In this document: positions 23,890 through 37,755 of the stretch, piece after piece
How positions within the stretch are numbered: position 1 is the first letter of the stretch
Layout: each line of letters opens with the position of its first letter
Assembly: GCA_043228905.1 (NCBI GenBank)
Contig: JBHGNT010000002.1
Location: 8,804,001-8,868,000 of the forward strand
Reading direction: 5' to 3'
Length of the DNA stretch: 64,000 nucleotides
Source of the DNA: Azolla caroliniana
Lineage: Eukaryota > Plantae > Polypodiophyta
Position numbers and translations under genes: made by a program
The notes under the pieces: model-generated
The model's database searches: none
The model's input: the letters and a program-made list of their open reading frames with translations, nothing else
What the model was told of the DNA's origin: nothing

Positions 23890-26609
23890 GCCTACCCCCC
23901 TTGAATAGAAGTCTCTCTTTCCCTCTTTGTTCCCCTATGTGTCTCTAGGTCTTCATCTTTATGTTGTGTGTGTTTGTGCCACTCTATTGCTTGTAAGCAG
24001 GAGGAGGAAGAAGCAGATTCAGAAATTAATAAATTGCATGAAACTAACAATCAAACACCTTATAAATCACTCCATCAAGAGGTCCATAGCAGAGTTTGAA
24101 GGAAATGGCAATAGTAGCCATAGCTAACTTATTCTGGAATAAAGTGGTGAAGTCACTTGTATATCTGGTTTAGTGCCAAGATCTACCAATGATTCAAGTT
24201 TAGAGAAAAGAGGAATGCAGGTCATGAACAAGGAAGATAAAGCTGCATATGATCGATGTATAATGATGTATCGACAGAGTGCGTGTGCTCCATTAATGGT
24301 CTTCTTTGATTCTCATGAAGGGTTTGTGGTGGAACCGGATAGTGAGATCAAGTATTTAACCATTTGTAGCAGAGTATATATATACGTAAAAGAGTAAGAG
24401 AGATGATAGAGTTAGCATTATTATGGGTTTACTTACTCCTTACAAATTTTCTAGATAAGGATCGGGGTCATATGTCCTAATAATGAAATAGGCCACATTG
24501 CTCTATTTGTATCTAAGTATCATTAACCATATACCGGAAGGGAAGAAGAAACAAAACCTTATAAGGTTCAATATTGAAGAGAAAACACATTCTTTGTTTA
24601 TTTCCATCAACAACAAGAGCCAAATGGACAGAGAGTCGGTTGGTGGATAAAGACGAGCAACGCAGTGAATCAGCAGTAGGATGGCAGCAACTAGCTAGCC
24701 ATGCAGATGGTTCGGCAATTGACCGACTAGCCGAGATGGCTAAAGTCCGACTAGAAAGACACAACCGAATAGAGAGTCGGTCGAATAGACGACCATGGCT
24801 AGCCGGCTGAGACCATGGCATATAGCAACGGCCGAGAAACGTCGGCCGAGAGAGGGCCGAGATGCGGCCGAAAAGTAGTGGTCAAGAAGCATGAGAGAAA
24901 GCGGCCGAGCAGACGAGATTCGGCCCAGCCACGACCAAAGAAGCCGAGAGTACAACACGGCAAAGAAACAGCCGAGATGTGGCCAGGACACAGCCGAGAT
25001 GTGGCCGAGAAGCCGAGAGACGGCCCAGCCACAGCTGAGAAAGTGACCAAGAAGCCAAGAGTCGACCAAGCCACGGCCGAGCGTCAACCAATATATGGTC
25101 GAAAGCGACGACCGAGCATCGAGAATAGGCCTAGAGAGACGGCTGAGAAGGTGAGATGCAGCCAAATAGGAATAGGAGCGGCCGAGGGACAGTTGGCCAA
25201 GCACTAGCACGGCTGCAAGGACGGCCAAGAGCCAAGCGACGGCCGCGAATGGCTACTACCGAGAAATGCGATGGCCGGACAGACGACGACGGCCGTCGAA
25301 CAAAGGAAGTCAACAGATAGGCCGTGGACAGCTGAGAAGCTGGCCAATAGACAAAAAATCGGAGCAGCCAACCGCCAAAAAGAAGGGGAAAACAAATAAA
25401 AAAACAAAAGCAAACGAACAACAAGAAGAGGAAGAATGAGTTGGAGTCATGGAAGATGCAGTGGTTGCTACAAGCGGATGAAAACACAAAGACAAAAGAA
25501 ACAAAGAAGAACAACAACACACAACAAGAGAAGAAGGGAGGGAAAGCGAAGATGGAGCAGCGGAAAGAAGAAGGCGAAGAAGAAAGGACCTACACAGAGA
25601 GACATACAGACATTCGATTGAGCCTGCAGATGGAGCAGAAGATGACTGAACCAAGAAAACTAAGGAAGAAGAAGAGAACAAAGCATCGTTTCTGTCGCAA
25701 CAGAGATAGAAGACATAGAGAAGGAGAAGAGAAAGAAGAAAGAAAGAAAAGGGCACAGAAGAAACCGAAACCTAAAAAGACGAAGAGAAAGGGAAAGGCA
25801 TCACCACAAATTTCAGACGAGGGCACAACGAAAAATTTCGAAAACCAAAGGATAGTAAATCAATTTCAAAAATATAAGGGTAGCTACTAGAATTTCAACA
25901 ACTGAGGGGTACGAGATAGAATTTCGAAAAATTGATGGAACAAAAACCTATCACCACTCACACCAATGTAGAAAAAATATATGTATACATACACTTACAC
26001 CCAGAATCATTTTTAAACCCTGAACGACTTTATCACAATGGACAAGCTGATTGGTGTGTGATCCAATCGTGCATTATGCTGGCTGAATGAGAAGGTTCGT
26101 GTCATGCCAGCTCCGATCGAAGTTATCGATCGTAGAGAAATGTTCCGGTCGAGGGATTTTCGACCGTCGAGAGAAGACCGATGGAGTTTCTGGTCAACGA
26201 GTTTTTGCCATGGGCTTGTGGGTACGACATGCAATGCACTGTCCCACGGGCGTGCCAGGTGTTACCCGTATAGGTGTACGGGAGGGTTAGGTGTAATGTG
26301 GAAGGTGGTGTGTGAGGTGTGTGAGGTGTAATATGAAATGTGAATGTCTGAGTGTTAGGTGAGGTAAGTAGGTGTGTACCCACATCCATTCGGCTTTTTG
26401 TAAAGATCTTCTATTATATAAATCCTCACTCATGGGGCATGAAAAAATGATATCGAAGTTACTCTAAATTGTGTCTGTCTCGATTCTCTCTCTCTCTCTC
26501 TCTCATTCGTTCTCTCTGTGCATCTCATCTCTCCCTCTCTCCTCTCACACTCAAACCCCCTTGGGAGGGGGGTGGAGCCGATCTTGGCTCCATCCCCCAC
26601 CCATAAACA
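23890..26609. other. Unclassified insertion inside element C (GGCCGAG-rich repeats, purine-rich low complexity, LTR-like right end)
   Basis: Replaces the C integrase region. Repeated GGCCGAG(A) motifs at 24720-25340; TATA, CT microsatellite and a GC hairpin ending ...AAACA at 26410-26609. No recognisable protein. Confidence 0.4.
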
Positions 26610-29600
26610 GACACTACATGTCGTCGTGGACCATTACCGGAAGAAGAAAAGTAGTGACGCCAAGCAAATCGACTATGTCTTTATTACGGTGGACCAGGGC
26701 ATATTGTAGTGAATTGTCCCCATAGGCCAAGAAGACAGGTGAACCAAATAGTTGCTAGTTCTAATTGTACTAAACCCGAGTCTATTTCAGTAGGAATATC
26801 TGATAGTCCTAATAGTACTAATAGCCCAAATCTATCGAACAAATTTGATGTCGTTAGTCAGTTAGAAGAAGAGTTAAATGACTAAGTCTAGCCAAAAGAG
26901 GAGTCGTTTGGTTGGACAACCCTAGATTTGTGCAGCCCATTAGTGGTTCCATTCCCTCTAAGCAAGTTAGCAATGTATTCTTAGCCCAAGTAACAATTAG
27001 TACTAAAAGACCTCTGTAGTACATGTCTCAACACTCCTAGATTTTGGAGCTAATTCATGCTTCATGGATAGGAATTTTTCCCAAGCTCATCAGATATCCC
27101 TAAAAATACTCCCGTGTCCAGCCTTTGTAGTAATCATTGATGGTCGTCCCATTGCTTCGGGAAATATCATAGAAGAGTCAAAGCCCGTTAATATTGCCCT
27201 AGATAATTTAGCGTGTGTAGTATCCTTTAATATAATTAGTATCCCAGAACATCCCATTGTTTTAGGATTACCATGGTTCGAATTACACAACCCAGACATA
27301 GATTGGAGAACAAGAGAAATCCGGTATCGACAAACCCGAGGAAGGATACAAGGAAGAAATGTTTCTCTTTGCAGTATCAGTAAAACCCTCCAACACCACT
27401 AAAGAAGAGTCCACCGTTCAACTTCCAAAGAAGTATCGTCATTATGCCGATGTGTTCGATAAAGTACAAGCCAATACGCTTCCTCACTATCGACTGTATG
27501 ATTGCCCCATCGGTTTACAACCGGGAAAAGAGCCACCATGGGGACCGATCTACAATTTGTCACCAACCGAGCTAGAAGTCCTTCAAGCCTATATAGAGGA
27601 GAATTTGGCAAATGGTTTCATTCGACATTCGAAATTTCTAGCCGGCGCACCCATTTTCTTCGTCAAGAAAAAGGATGGATCACTTCGTCTCGTCGTAGAT
27701 TACCATAGCTTGAATAAGGTCACCATCAGGAATAGGTATGCACTTCCCCTTATCTCAAGTCTTTTAAAATGGATCAATGGTGCAAGGTTCTTCACAAAGA
27801 TCGACTTACGAGGAGTATATAACCTCATACGGTGTTGTGTGAATCTTCACACACTATGTAAAAAAATAATGAAATAATTATTATAGATTAGATTAGTAGC
27901 TTACTATAGAAAAATGGATATACTCAAGAGCTTCAAAATGTATTTTACTATATACAAAATGGAGAAATACATATCAAGTTATGTGAAAATAAAGTTTGAG
28001 AAGATAGGGCAATTAGAACTATCCCACATAGATAGGAAACTTAAGGCCCTGGCTATATAAGCACCTTGAGCTCCCTCATTTTTCATTTGTGCTGAGAGCA
28101 CTTTGGCCACTTTGTCTTGATGGATGATGGTGGCCAAGTTCCCAAAAAACTGGAAAAAAACCGGAAACCGACCAGTAAGCAAAACCGGAATTGGAACTGG
28201 CATGCAAACCGGAAACCGGTCAATAAGCAAAATTGGATTCCGGAATTGGAATCGGCAAGCAAACCGGAACCGCCCAGCAAGCAAATCCGGAAACCGATCG
28301 GTAAGAAAATCTGGAAACTGGAACCGGCCGGCAAGCAAAATCGGAATTGGAACTGGCAAGCTAACCGGAACTGGCCGGCAAGCAAAATGGAACCGGTCGG
28401 CGAGGGATTCGGCGATCGGGCGGAACCGGCTACCGAACGAGGTTGGACGCGGACGGATGGAAGATTGGATCATGCAACAAACTAAAGTAAAGTGAAGAGA
28501 ACTAAAGTAAAGGCCATGTGGACGCAAGCAACTAAAGTTGGAGTGCATGCAAAAAGTAAAGGTCATGTGGATGGTCGCATGCAACTAAAAGAAAAAGCTA
28601 AGCAACTAAAAGTAGAGGCCAGACAACAAAAAGTGAACATGCAGATGATCAAGGAAGAACCCCATATAAAATTCCATTTTTTTCCTATACTTAGACTCTC
28701 CATATTATCTTAATTTTTTTCATTTTCTTTCGGAGCTCTCTTATCTTATCGAAGCCAAGAACCCTAAATTTCCTTACGGAAGTCATAAACCCTAATGTCC
28801 TAATCAAAGCCATATAACTCAAAAACCCTAATTTTTGAATTGAAGCTAAAAACCCTAATATTCTAATTAAATCCATATTTCATTTCTTCTAATCTATTAC
28901 TCTAGCCATCTCCATTAGCAAACTTTTGTAATTCCAGTCTTGGGATCAATTGTAATCTTTCTTTCTACTTGTTAATGAAATTTGTTAATCTTTCTCATTT
29001 CGGTTAATTCTTAGTACATAAATACACGAATTTGATATCCTCTAGTCAAAGGCCCCGGGGTCTTGCCTCAACGTTCACGTATCCTTGTCGTATTTTCGCG
29101 ACAATGGATCCAACCAAGAGATGAATGGAAGACCGCATTTCGCACCAGATATAGGCACTTCGAGTATACAGTCATGTCATTTGGCCTCACTAATGTGCCA
29201 ACAGTCTTCCAACACATGGCAAATGATATATTCCGAGACATCTTGGATGTTTGTTTGATCATCTATTTGGATGATCTACTGGTTTATTCGAAGACCTAAG
29301 AAGAGCATGATTCTCATGTACTGTTAGTACTAAAATGACTTTGAGAACATGGTCTTTATGCAAAGCTAGAAGCACCTCTTTAAATGCTCAAGGTCACTTG
29401 TAACCTCTCCTTCGGCTACCACCCGCAAACAAACGGCCAAGTAGAACGAACAAATCAAGTACTGGGTAGATATTCTCCACTTTGCTGAATTTGCATATAA
29501 TAACTCTATCCACTCATCGACAAAGGTTACACCATTTTATGCTTATACGGACTGTCACCCCTAGTGGTGTGTATTTGAAACCCTAGAGTTACCCACAAAT

Positions 29601-30605
29601 CCTTGTGCAGAGATACACAAGATACAAGCAGATTTATCTACTCATCTACAATAAGCTCAACAAACACACAAGGTTTACGCGGATCGTCATCGGCTTCCAT
29701 CTAGTTTTAACATTGGAGATCAGGTATGGCTACTACGACAACACATCAAGACTATTCGCCCATGCGGGAAGTTGGATTATCGGCGATTAGGTCCTTTTTG
29801 TATTATCGGAAAAATTAATGATGTCGTTTTTCGTCTCGATCTACCTCCACAACTTCGGATACATCAGGTGTTTCATAGTTCTCTCCTCGAACCCTATCAA
29901 GACAATACCATCCCAGGTCGTATTAAACAACCTCCACTCCCGATCGAACTTGAAGATGGACTTGAGTACAAGGTTGCCGCCATCCTCGATTCCAAGATTG
30001 TTCGCACCAAGCTCTACTATTTAGTCGATTGGCTAGGATATAGTTCCAACGAGCGTACTTGGGAACCAATAGAGAATGTGACCAATGCTCGTGCTCTTCT
30101 TGAAGACTTCCATCATCAATATCGAGACAAACTGGGTCCTCAATCCAAAACGACTCATGACACTCGTTGTTGTAAGGGGGGGATATTGTCATATGATATG
30201 ACAAGACTCGAACCAATGACATTAGGTTACATGGGTCGAGCTCTTGACCATTGGACTATATGTTGTAATACGAAGGAATTATTTTCATTTAAGTTTTACT
30301 ATAAAAAATTGATGTATATTCTAGATTTCTTTGGAACATTCTAGAAACTTCAGGAATACTCCTGAGAACACTCTAAAAGGAGGCACAAGGCATTATTTCA
30401 AACCAAATCGGTTCAACGCCAGTCTTAAGCCTCCTAAGCTACTATTGTATATTCTCTTAACATAATATATATCTTTTGTTATCATCATTCTCTCTCACAC
30501 ACACTCACTCTCTCTTTCCTCTCCCAAGAGTTTTACACCTCCCTTAATACTAATCCTCATCTTTTAGTACTATATTCCTTCTTTGTCTTAGTACTATTCC
30601 TAACA
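26610..30605 (+). mobile_element. Gypsy chromovirus element D (Tcn1-like), 5'-truncated, same family as E
   Basis: Collinear with 61540-63070: gag zinc knuckle, protease, RT (PIFFVKKKDGSLRLVVDY; YLDDLLVY), deleted RH, integrase end with chromodomain YKVAAILDSK..YYLVDWLGY..TWEP, PPT AAGGGGGGGA, 3' LTR 30187-30605. Confidence 0.92.
27833..29103 (+). mobile_element. Solo LTR (~1.27 kb) nested in the RT of element D
   Basis: TGTTG...CGACA termini. The host RT (YNLIR|IQP) rejoins with a 4-bp duplication ACGG/ATGG. Internal GCAAGCAAAACCGGAATTGGAAC repeats at 28150-28400. Confidence 0.85.
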
Positions 30606-32823
30606 CCGACAACATACCTGCTCTGTTGACTCCGAATCGGTGGGAAGTCCACTAGTCGAACTCAAAGACAAAGCCATCAACGACAGAGCCTATTCAACCA
30701 GAGTGGAAGCAGGCAAAGTCAACAAGATGCGAGTAGGAAACCAAACCGAGTCGACGAAATTCATAGGGGAGGACAACGTGACACCACTGAAATCCCAACT
30801 TGGGGGGGGTCACCCAACAAGACTCCTGACACAAACGGTTCAACAAGTATTGATCGACCTACAGAGTTGATCGAAGAATCTGAACCACTTACCTCGGCAC
30901 CTAGGGGATCTGGACGACCTCGAAGGCCGACTGAGTTCTATCAACCGGGCCTCGACTACGTCAACTACGCCGATGTAGGAGAACCAAATACTTATGAAGA
31001 AGTTATGGCCGCAAGGGACGCCGACACATGGCAACAGGCCATGAAATCTGAAATGGACTCGAGTCATAAAAATCAGACATGGGAGTTGGTTGAACTACTA
31101 GCTGGAAGGAAGCCACTACCCTGCAAATGGGTTTTCCGATACAAACATGTATCCGACTAAAAATAACCCCAAGTACAAAGCTCGGCTCATTGCGAAGGGA
31201 TTCAAACAAGAATACGGGGTCGACCTAGAGCTAGAGCACCTGGATGTAATTTCTACATGGAGATCTGGAAGAAGACATATATATGTCTCAACTGGCCGGT
31301 TTCATGACGACGGGGGAGGACAGTCATCTCGTATGTCGATTAAAGAAAATCCTATATGGGTTGAAACAAGTGTCGAGGATGTGGTACCAGAAGTTTGATT
31401 CCTACATCAGGGAACTTGGATACTATAGATCTGACTCCAACCCATGCATGTATATTTGGCAACTGGTGATTTATCTGATCCTATACGTTGACGATATGCT
31501 GATTGCAGGAAGCAATCAAGCAGAGATCAAAAAGCTGAAGTGGAGCCTTCACGACAAGTTCGCGATAAAGGAACTCGGACAAGCCTGTCACATACGAGGC
31601 ATGAGGATCGAGCAAAATCGGATGACCAAGACTCTTTGACTCTCCCAGTCCGACTATATCCGAAAGGTGTTGAAGCGCTTCAATATGGAGAATGCAAAGC
31701 CAGCACCAACACCGCTTCCGACGTCGATTTGACTATCGGACAGAGACTCTCCTTCAACGGAAAAGGAGAGAGAGCTTAATGGAAAGATTCCTTACGCATC
31801 GGCCGTAGGAAGTATCATGTACGCAATGGTGGTGACCCGACCCGACCTAGCCTATGCCGTAGGAGTGGTCAGCCGGTACATGTCAATCCCAAGACGGAAG
31901 CATTGGGAGGCCGTCAAGCACATCTTCAGGTACCTGAGAGGAACTGAAGATACACAACTGACTTTCAGTTTGACAACCTGAACCGAAATTGAAGGCTACA
32001 CCGATTCCGACTATGCTGGAAATATAGATAATCGGAAATTGACATCAGGCTACATCTTCACCTATGTTGGTGGTGCAATATCATGGAGGTCTAAACTTCA
32101 AGAGTGCACGACGTTGTCTACCATAGAAGTTGAGTACATAGCGGCATCGAAAGCAGCAAAGGAAGCGATTTGGTTGCACCGACTGTTTGTTGACTTCTCA
32201 GATACAAGCCAAACCGACCGTCTATCGCCAACCATCTATTGCGACTCATAGAGCGCAATACACCTCATCAATAATCCCGTCTATCACGCAAAGACAAAGC
32301 ATATTGAGGTGCGGTATCATCACATCCGGGAGCTCACAACGGAGAAGATGTTCGAAGTCTGGAATATCAACTCTGAGGTGAACATCGCTGATTTCCTGAC
32401 AAAGCCACTCCCAGATCAATGCTTCAGAGCAGTAAGGAAAAAGATGAGACTACGACAAGCAACTGAGCAGAAGAAAGTTGAACGAGGAGCAGAAGGTAAG
32501 AGTCAACCGAATCAATCATTTTAATGAGCCATGCTACGCTCGATATGGACCTCACCTATGCCGACTCAACTATTTGCCAACCGACTCGTAACATAAATCT
32601 AGATTAGTGTTGTAATCTAATTTTATGGGGGAGACAACCCCAAACACATGTACATGTTGGAAAGATTAGTCCTTTTACGGGGAAGTTAGTTGGCATAAAA
32701 GGTCGATTCCCTCCACTTTGTATCCTAGTGTAACCTTGTCCACATAGTTAGGGCTTAGTATATAAGCAATAACCAAACGTTGTAAAGAAAGATCTTCTTG
32801 ACTAGATATTGTATATCAAGTCT

Positions 32824-32825
<2 letters not shown>

Positions 32826-32893
<68 letters not shown>
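32826..32893. repeat. (AG)n microsatellite expanded in the 3' LTR of C
   Basis: Long perfect AG run. The corresponding site in the 5' LTR (~23049-23058) has only a few units. Confidence 0.95.
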
Positions 32894-32896
<3 letters not shown>

Positions 32897-35799
32897 TAAT
32901 AAAGCTTTCCATTAAAGCTCGTTTCTGTGTAACTCCATGCCTTCCTCCCTTTCAATGTTGTTTTCCGAGTCAGCAAACAAGTTCTCATACACTTCCGCAT
33001 ACGCACACACCTACCAACTTTCCACACATATCCCCGAAAACCTACGGTAGAAGCTCGATCTCAAGTCACAAAAATGTATACTCATAGGGTACTCACTCGA
33101 CCAAAAAGGTTATAAGTGCTTCAACCTATCCACCAAGAAGGTACAAGTGAGTAGGGATGTATTCGACGAGTCATCATCCTGGTATATAGTCAAATCAGCC
33201 CCATCCGACACAATCGAAACCGAGTTTGACACAGATGCCGAGGAGGATGATCGACTGAGGTTTACATAAGAGGAAAGTCCAATCTCAACCAGGTTGAGTG
33301 GACTGCAAGGGCGTCTAAGTGACCAAAGCACGTCACGGTCGAGTTCGAAATAGGACAAACGAAAGGCCAAAATGCTTGAGTACGAAAACTCAGTTGGAAA
33401 TTAATCGACTCACTTATCCGACAGTGAGTTTGGTAGATTGGATGTGCCCATCATGAGGACACCAGGAGAACCACGTCGATCCACTTGAGAAAAGAACGTA
33501 GTCAGCCGATTTGGCTACAACGACTACATGGCATATCATTATGCATTGATGATGAAGGTGTCGACAGTCTGAGAACCGGAAAACTATTTGGAAGCCATGA
33601 AGGACCCTAGATGGGTCGAAGCGATGGATGAGGAGATGCAAGCACTCTCGAAGAACGAGACATGTGATCTCGTCCATTCTTCAAACCACCAAAAGGCAAT
33701 TGGATGCAAGTGCAAGTGGATCTTCAAGATAAAGCACAATGCCAACGGCATTGTCCATCGGTACAAGGCTCAACTTGTGGCAAAGGGGTATGCGCAGACG
33801 CACAATGTCGACTATGAAGAGACCTTTGCCCCGGTGGCAAAGTTGACTATAATTCAAACCGTGATTGCGTTGGCAACAACAAAAGGGTGGCACCTCCACC
33901 AAATGGACATAAAGAACGCCTTTCTGCAAGGTGAGCTAGGCAAAGAGGTGTACATGGTGCAACCACCCGAATTCGTGTCGACTGCACATTCGATTGATGT
34001 CTGCCGACTCAAAAAGCCTCTCTACGGTCTGAAGCAGGCACCGAGAGCATGGCATTTGAAGATAATGCAATATCTTCATCAAATTGGCTTCAACATGTCC
34101 AAGTCTGACAACTCTCTGTTCATCCAGAGAGACTCTAGAGGACAGGTATTTATCATCATTTATGTGGATGATTTGGTCATAGGAGGAGAGCATTTAGCGG
34201 ATATTGAGCACATCAAGAAGCTCCTCTCCAACTGATTCGAAATGACCGATATGAAGGAGCTCCATGACTTTCTAAGAATAGAAGTAATTTGGACTCTAGA
34301 CGACATCATGCTCTCTCAAAAGCATTATACCCTCAATCTTCTTTACAAATTTGGGATGACACGGTGTAAGCCCGTCACTATTCCTCTCGATCGAAATCTA
34401 AAGCTAGATGCCGACTCAGGCACTAGAGAGTGTGAGCCGACGCATTATCGTCAACTAGTCGGAAGCCTCATCTACCTCACAATTACATGACCCGACCTGA
34501 GTTACCTGGTTGGCCTCCTTAGCCAGTTTATGCAAACTCCGCGAGACATCCATCTCGACTGTGCTAAGCGAGTGCTAAGGTACGTGAGTGGAACACCCAT
34601 GGATTTCGACATCCTTTACAAATCGACCACACCAGTACGACTCGAAGGTTATACCGATGCCGACTAGGCCAGTTACAGAGGCGACCGATGATCATCATTC
34701 GGATTTGTCTTTTCTCTCGGCAGTGGTGCCATATCGTGGAGTAGTAAGAAACAACCGACAGTCGCACTATCGAGCACCAAAGCCGAATACAGGGGCACGC
34801 CCGTAGCTGTACGCGAAGCCGTTTGGCTCAAGAGAATCTTGAAGGATCTGGGTGTTCCATAAAGGATCCAATTCTCCTCTACTGCGACAACATGAACAGT
34901 ATTCACCTCGCTCGGAACCCAATCTTCCATGCTCGAACTAAGCACATCGAAGTGCACTATCACTTCCTCCGAGAGCATGCTCTGGCCGGGGATGTCGACC
35001 TACAATACATTAACACAAACCTACTGATGGCCAACATCTTCACCAAGGCCTTGGGAGTCGACAAGCTGTGGCAGTTCATGACAATCCTGGATCTTTCGAC
35101 CATTGACCAACCGAGCTTGAGGGGGGACAATAGGACTACACCCGGCCATTTGAAGCCAAAGTCGGAGTCACCGTAGTCGTGATGATCCGGAGACCAATCC
35201 AAACCCACCATCTGGAAGTTGTGTTTGAAGGGGCGTGTTGAGAATTAAACTCAACTGCCCGTGAGTGGGAATACACTCTAGGATACTCAAGTGTGTGAAC
35301 ACCCCACCTCCTTGTATAGTAACTAGTGCGTCATATAAGTTAATGTCCTATGACACATATTCCTTAGGTAGTTAAGACTCAACCTTTCTCCCAAGAGGCT
35401 ATACTGGTGAGAGAACTTACAGAGATGGTGACTACATAAGCACCTTCTCCCTCCCGTTGTAGTTGTTGGTTGTTCTTGCTTTCTTTGTAATACAGTTTTC
35501 TGATTTTCTGTAATCGTGAGCTCTCTCCCTCACACACACACACACAATTCTTCTGCTACACAAAATCCATCCGATTCTTTACAACATGTTTCAACTAATC
35601 ATGGGAAGAACTACCAATTGATTAGTTGTAGAAAATGTTGACTATTAAGACATTAACATTAATAGAGCATAAGATTATTATTTGTATCTAAAACCTATGT
35701 AGAGTCATGCAATGCAATCTTAACCTTGATTCGTTGGAGCCATTTGGCATGATGCAATTGGCATGTTATTTTGATCATACACATGTAGATACACATAGG

Positions 35800-36372
35800 T
35801 AGCAATGGGCCCAGTTTGGTTTTGGTTTGGTTCAGTTTCTTTGCCTTGAAACAAAAGAAAACCATTTATATAAAACAAAACCCAAACCAAACCATTTATG
35901 AACTCTTAAGCCATTTAAACCAAAACCGTTTAGGGAAATTTTAAAACCAAACCGAACCATTTAATAAAAAATTTGAACGTAACCATTTAGGTCAAACTAA
36001 TTAAAAAACTAAATAAACAAAAATACATTAAATTAAATAAGCATTTAAGTTAAATTTGTTAAATCAATAACAAACATTAATTAAACCATTAATTTATATA
36101 AATATTTAAGTAAAATTAATTAAACCAATAAAAAATATTAATTAAACTATTAAATTAATAAACCATTAAGGGGAAAAGAAGTTAACCAATAAACTTTTAA
36201 ACCAACCCACTTAAACTTAGAAACAAATAGACCCAAAATTTGGAACCAAGGCAAACTAATATCGAACTATTTATTAATAGTCCAAACCATTTAATTATTT
36301 TTGAACTAATAAACTGTTAAACCATGGCTTAATGGTTCAGTTTGGTTTGAGCCAAAACCGGGCCCATAGCTT
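35800..36372. mobile_element. hAT-type MITE
   Basis: TIRs TAGCAATGGGCCCAGTTT / AAAACCGGGCCCATAGCTT; 8-bp TSD CACATAGG/CACGTAGG; AT-rich interior with many AAACC(A) subterminal motifs. Confidence 0.85.
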
Positions 36373-37404
36373 CACGTAGGTAAGCTTAACCTACTTTCTA
36401 GACTGTGGTGAATATGCTCTACCTCGCAAACAAACACACACCTAAACAAACAAAGCAATAACATGATTATTAGAATGTACACACTACATTATTTATTTGT
36501 AATATCTTGTATGACAAGCACGAGACATCTAAGTGAGGTAAAACCTCGTTTAATTTGTAAGATTTTTAAAAGAAAATAGAAAAGAGGACATAATGTGACC
36601 TTCAATGGCATGGGAGCTATAGGAATATATACCATGATTGACCAAACTCTATTGTGAATGAACCGATTCAGTCAAAGGGCCCAATATGTACCCCTCCTTG
36701 CAAACAAACTCGAGAAAAGAACTTTCCCAACTTGACATTCTTCATGTGGACATTAATTAGCAAGAATGAGACCAAAATCCTTGTAAGAGAAGTTCATGTA
36801 TGACACTTAATAGAGTGCAACTCAAAAATATCCCCATGATCAAAAGCCAGACATGATCATGATCGATGGTTCAACTACAAAACTCAATCGACAACTTCTT
36901 CTTTTTTCTATTTTTTTTTCTAACATCGTTGACATTCTCTTCATCTTGAGGAGCTTACTCTACCAAGATGCGCATTACTCAAATTAACAACCCTTTGTTA
37001 CACTTAAAAGGATTTTGAAAATTACCCAAGAGAAAAAAAATAAAGAAATTCAAATAAAACATCGTGGAGGCTTTTGGATATTGCATTTTAATCTTGCTAT
37101 AAGATGCAAGTAATAAAATGGGAAATAAATTATCAATTGAAAATTTGATGATGGTTGAATATGACCTCGAATAGATGTTCAAATGTTTTATATTTGGATT
37201 ATTATGATACTAATTTAGGTGTGCTCTTTTATGCATTCGGTGGACAATTGAATTTGGCACATGGTCATGTTCTTGTTCTAGTGCACTTGTTTTAATAGTC
37301 CTCGAAAGGTTTTATAGTAACAAACTTCACCTCGTGGCAGTTGTTCTTGTTAAAGTGGTCTTTGCTTCCACAATAGCAAAAATATTTACTTTATCTAACT
37401 ATAC

Positions 37405-37755
37405 CATGTTCTTGCTCTTATTCTATTATATTAGTTTCCATAACAGTGGGTCCATGTCTTGTTCGGCAATTTTGAAGATTTCATTTCAAACACAGGTTCT
37501 TGCTCTTATTCTATTATATTGGTTTCCATAACAGTGGGTCCATGTCTTGTTCGGCAATTTTGAAGATTTCATTTCAAACACATGTTCTTGCTCTTCTTCT
37601 ATTATATTGGTTTCCATAACAATGGGTCCATGTCTTGTCCGGCAATTTTGAAGATTTCATTTCAAACACATGTTCTTGCTCTTATTCTATTATATTGGTT
37701 TCCATAACAATGGGTACATGTCTTGTCTGGCAATTTTGAAGATTTGATTTCAAAC
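37405..37755. repeat. 88-bp tandem repeat, 4 copies
   Basis: Unit CATGTTCTTGCTCTTATTCTATTATATTGGTTTCCATAACA..GGCAATTTTGAAGATTTCATTTCAAACA starting at 37405, 37493, 37581 and 37669. Confidence 0.95.

Larger units (their letters stand above)
22911..33026 (+). mobile_element. Ty1/Copia element C nested in B, internally deleted and interrupted
   Basis: LTR pair 22911-23191 and 32688-33026; TSD CATAG/CATAT; PBS TGGTATCAGA; gag KFDGKKFALWK; protease WLLDSGATFHV; RT LYVDDMLIA; RNase H TSGYIFTYVGGAISWRSK, YCDS. Confidence 0.92.
20318..35583 (+). mobile_element. Ty1/Copia element B, full-length degenerate (related to A), split by nested element C
   Basis: LTR pair 20318-20684 and 35236-35583 (TG...CA); TSD GCATG/ACATG; degenerate PBS TCGTATCGAAGC; PPT TTGAAGGGGCG. 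gag/PR/INT at 20827-22910 and RT/RH at 33588-35120. The AYVH|IPE frame rejoins across C. Confidence 0.95.

Noticed and set aside
24513-25890. Overlapping 100-160 aa ORFs on both strands
   Set aside because: Products of GC-rich repeats and purine-skewed low complexity; no domain motifs.
27979-28713. ORFs of up to 201 aa
   Set aside because: Translations of short tandem repeats inside a solo LTR.
36900-37400. Possible decayed coding sequence next to the 88-bp repeat
   Set aside because: No sustained frame or recognisable motif found by eye.
37405-37755. Regular repeat as a possible CRISPR array
   Set aside because: Head-to-tail 88-bp units with no unique spacers; an ordinary minisatellite.
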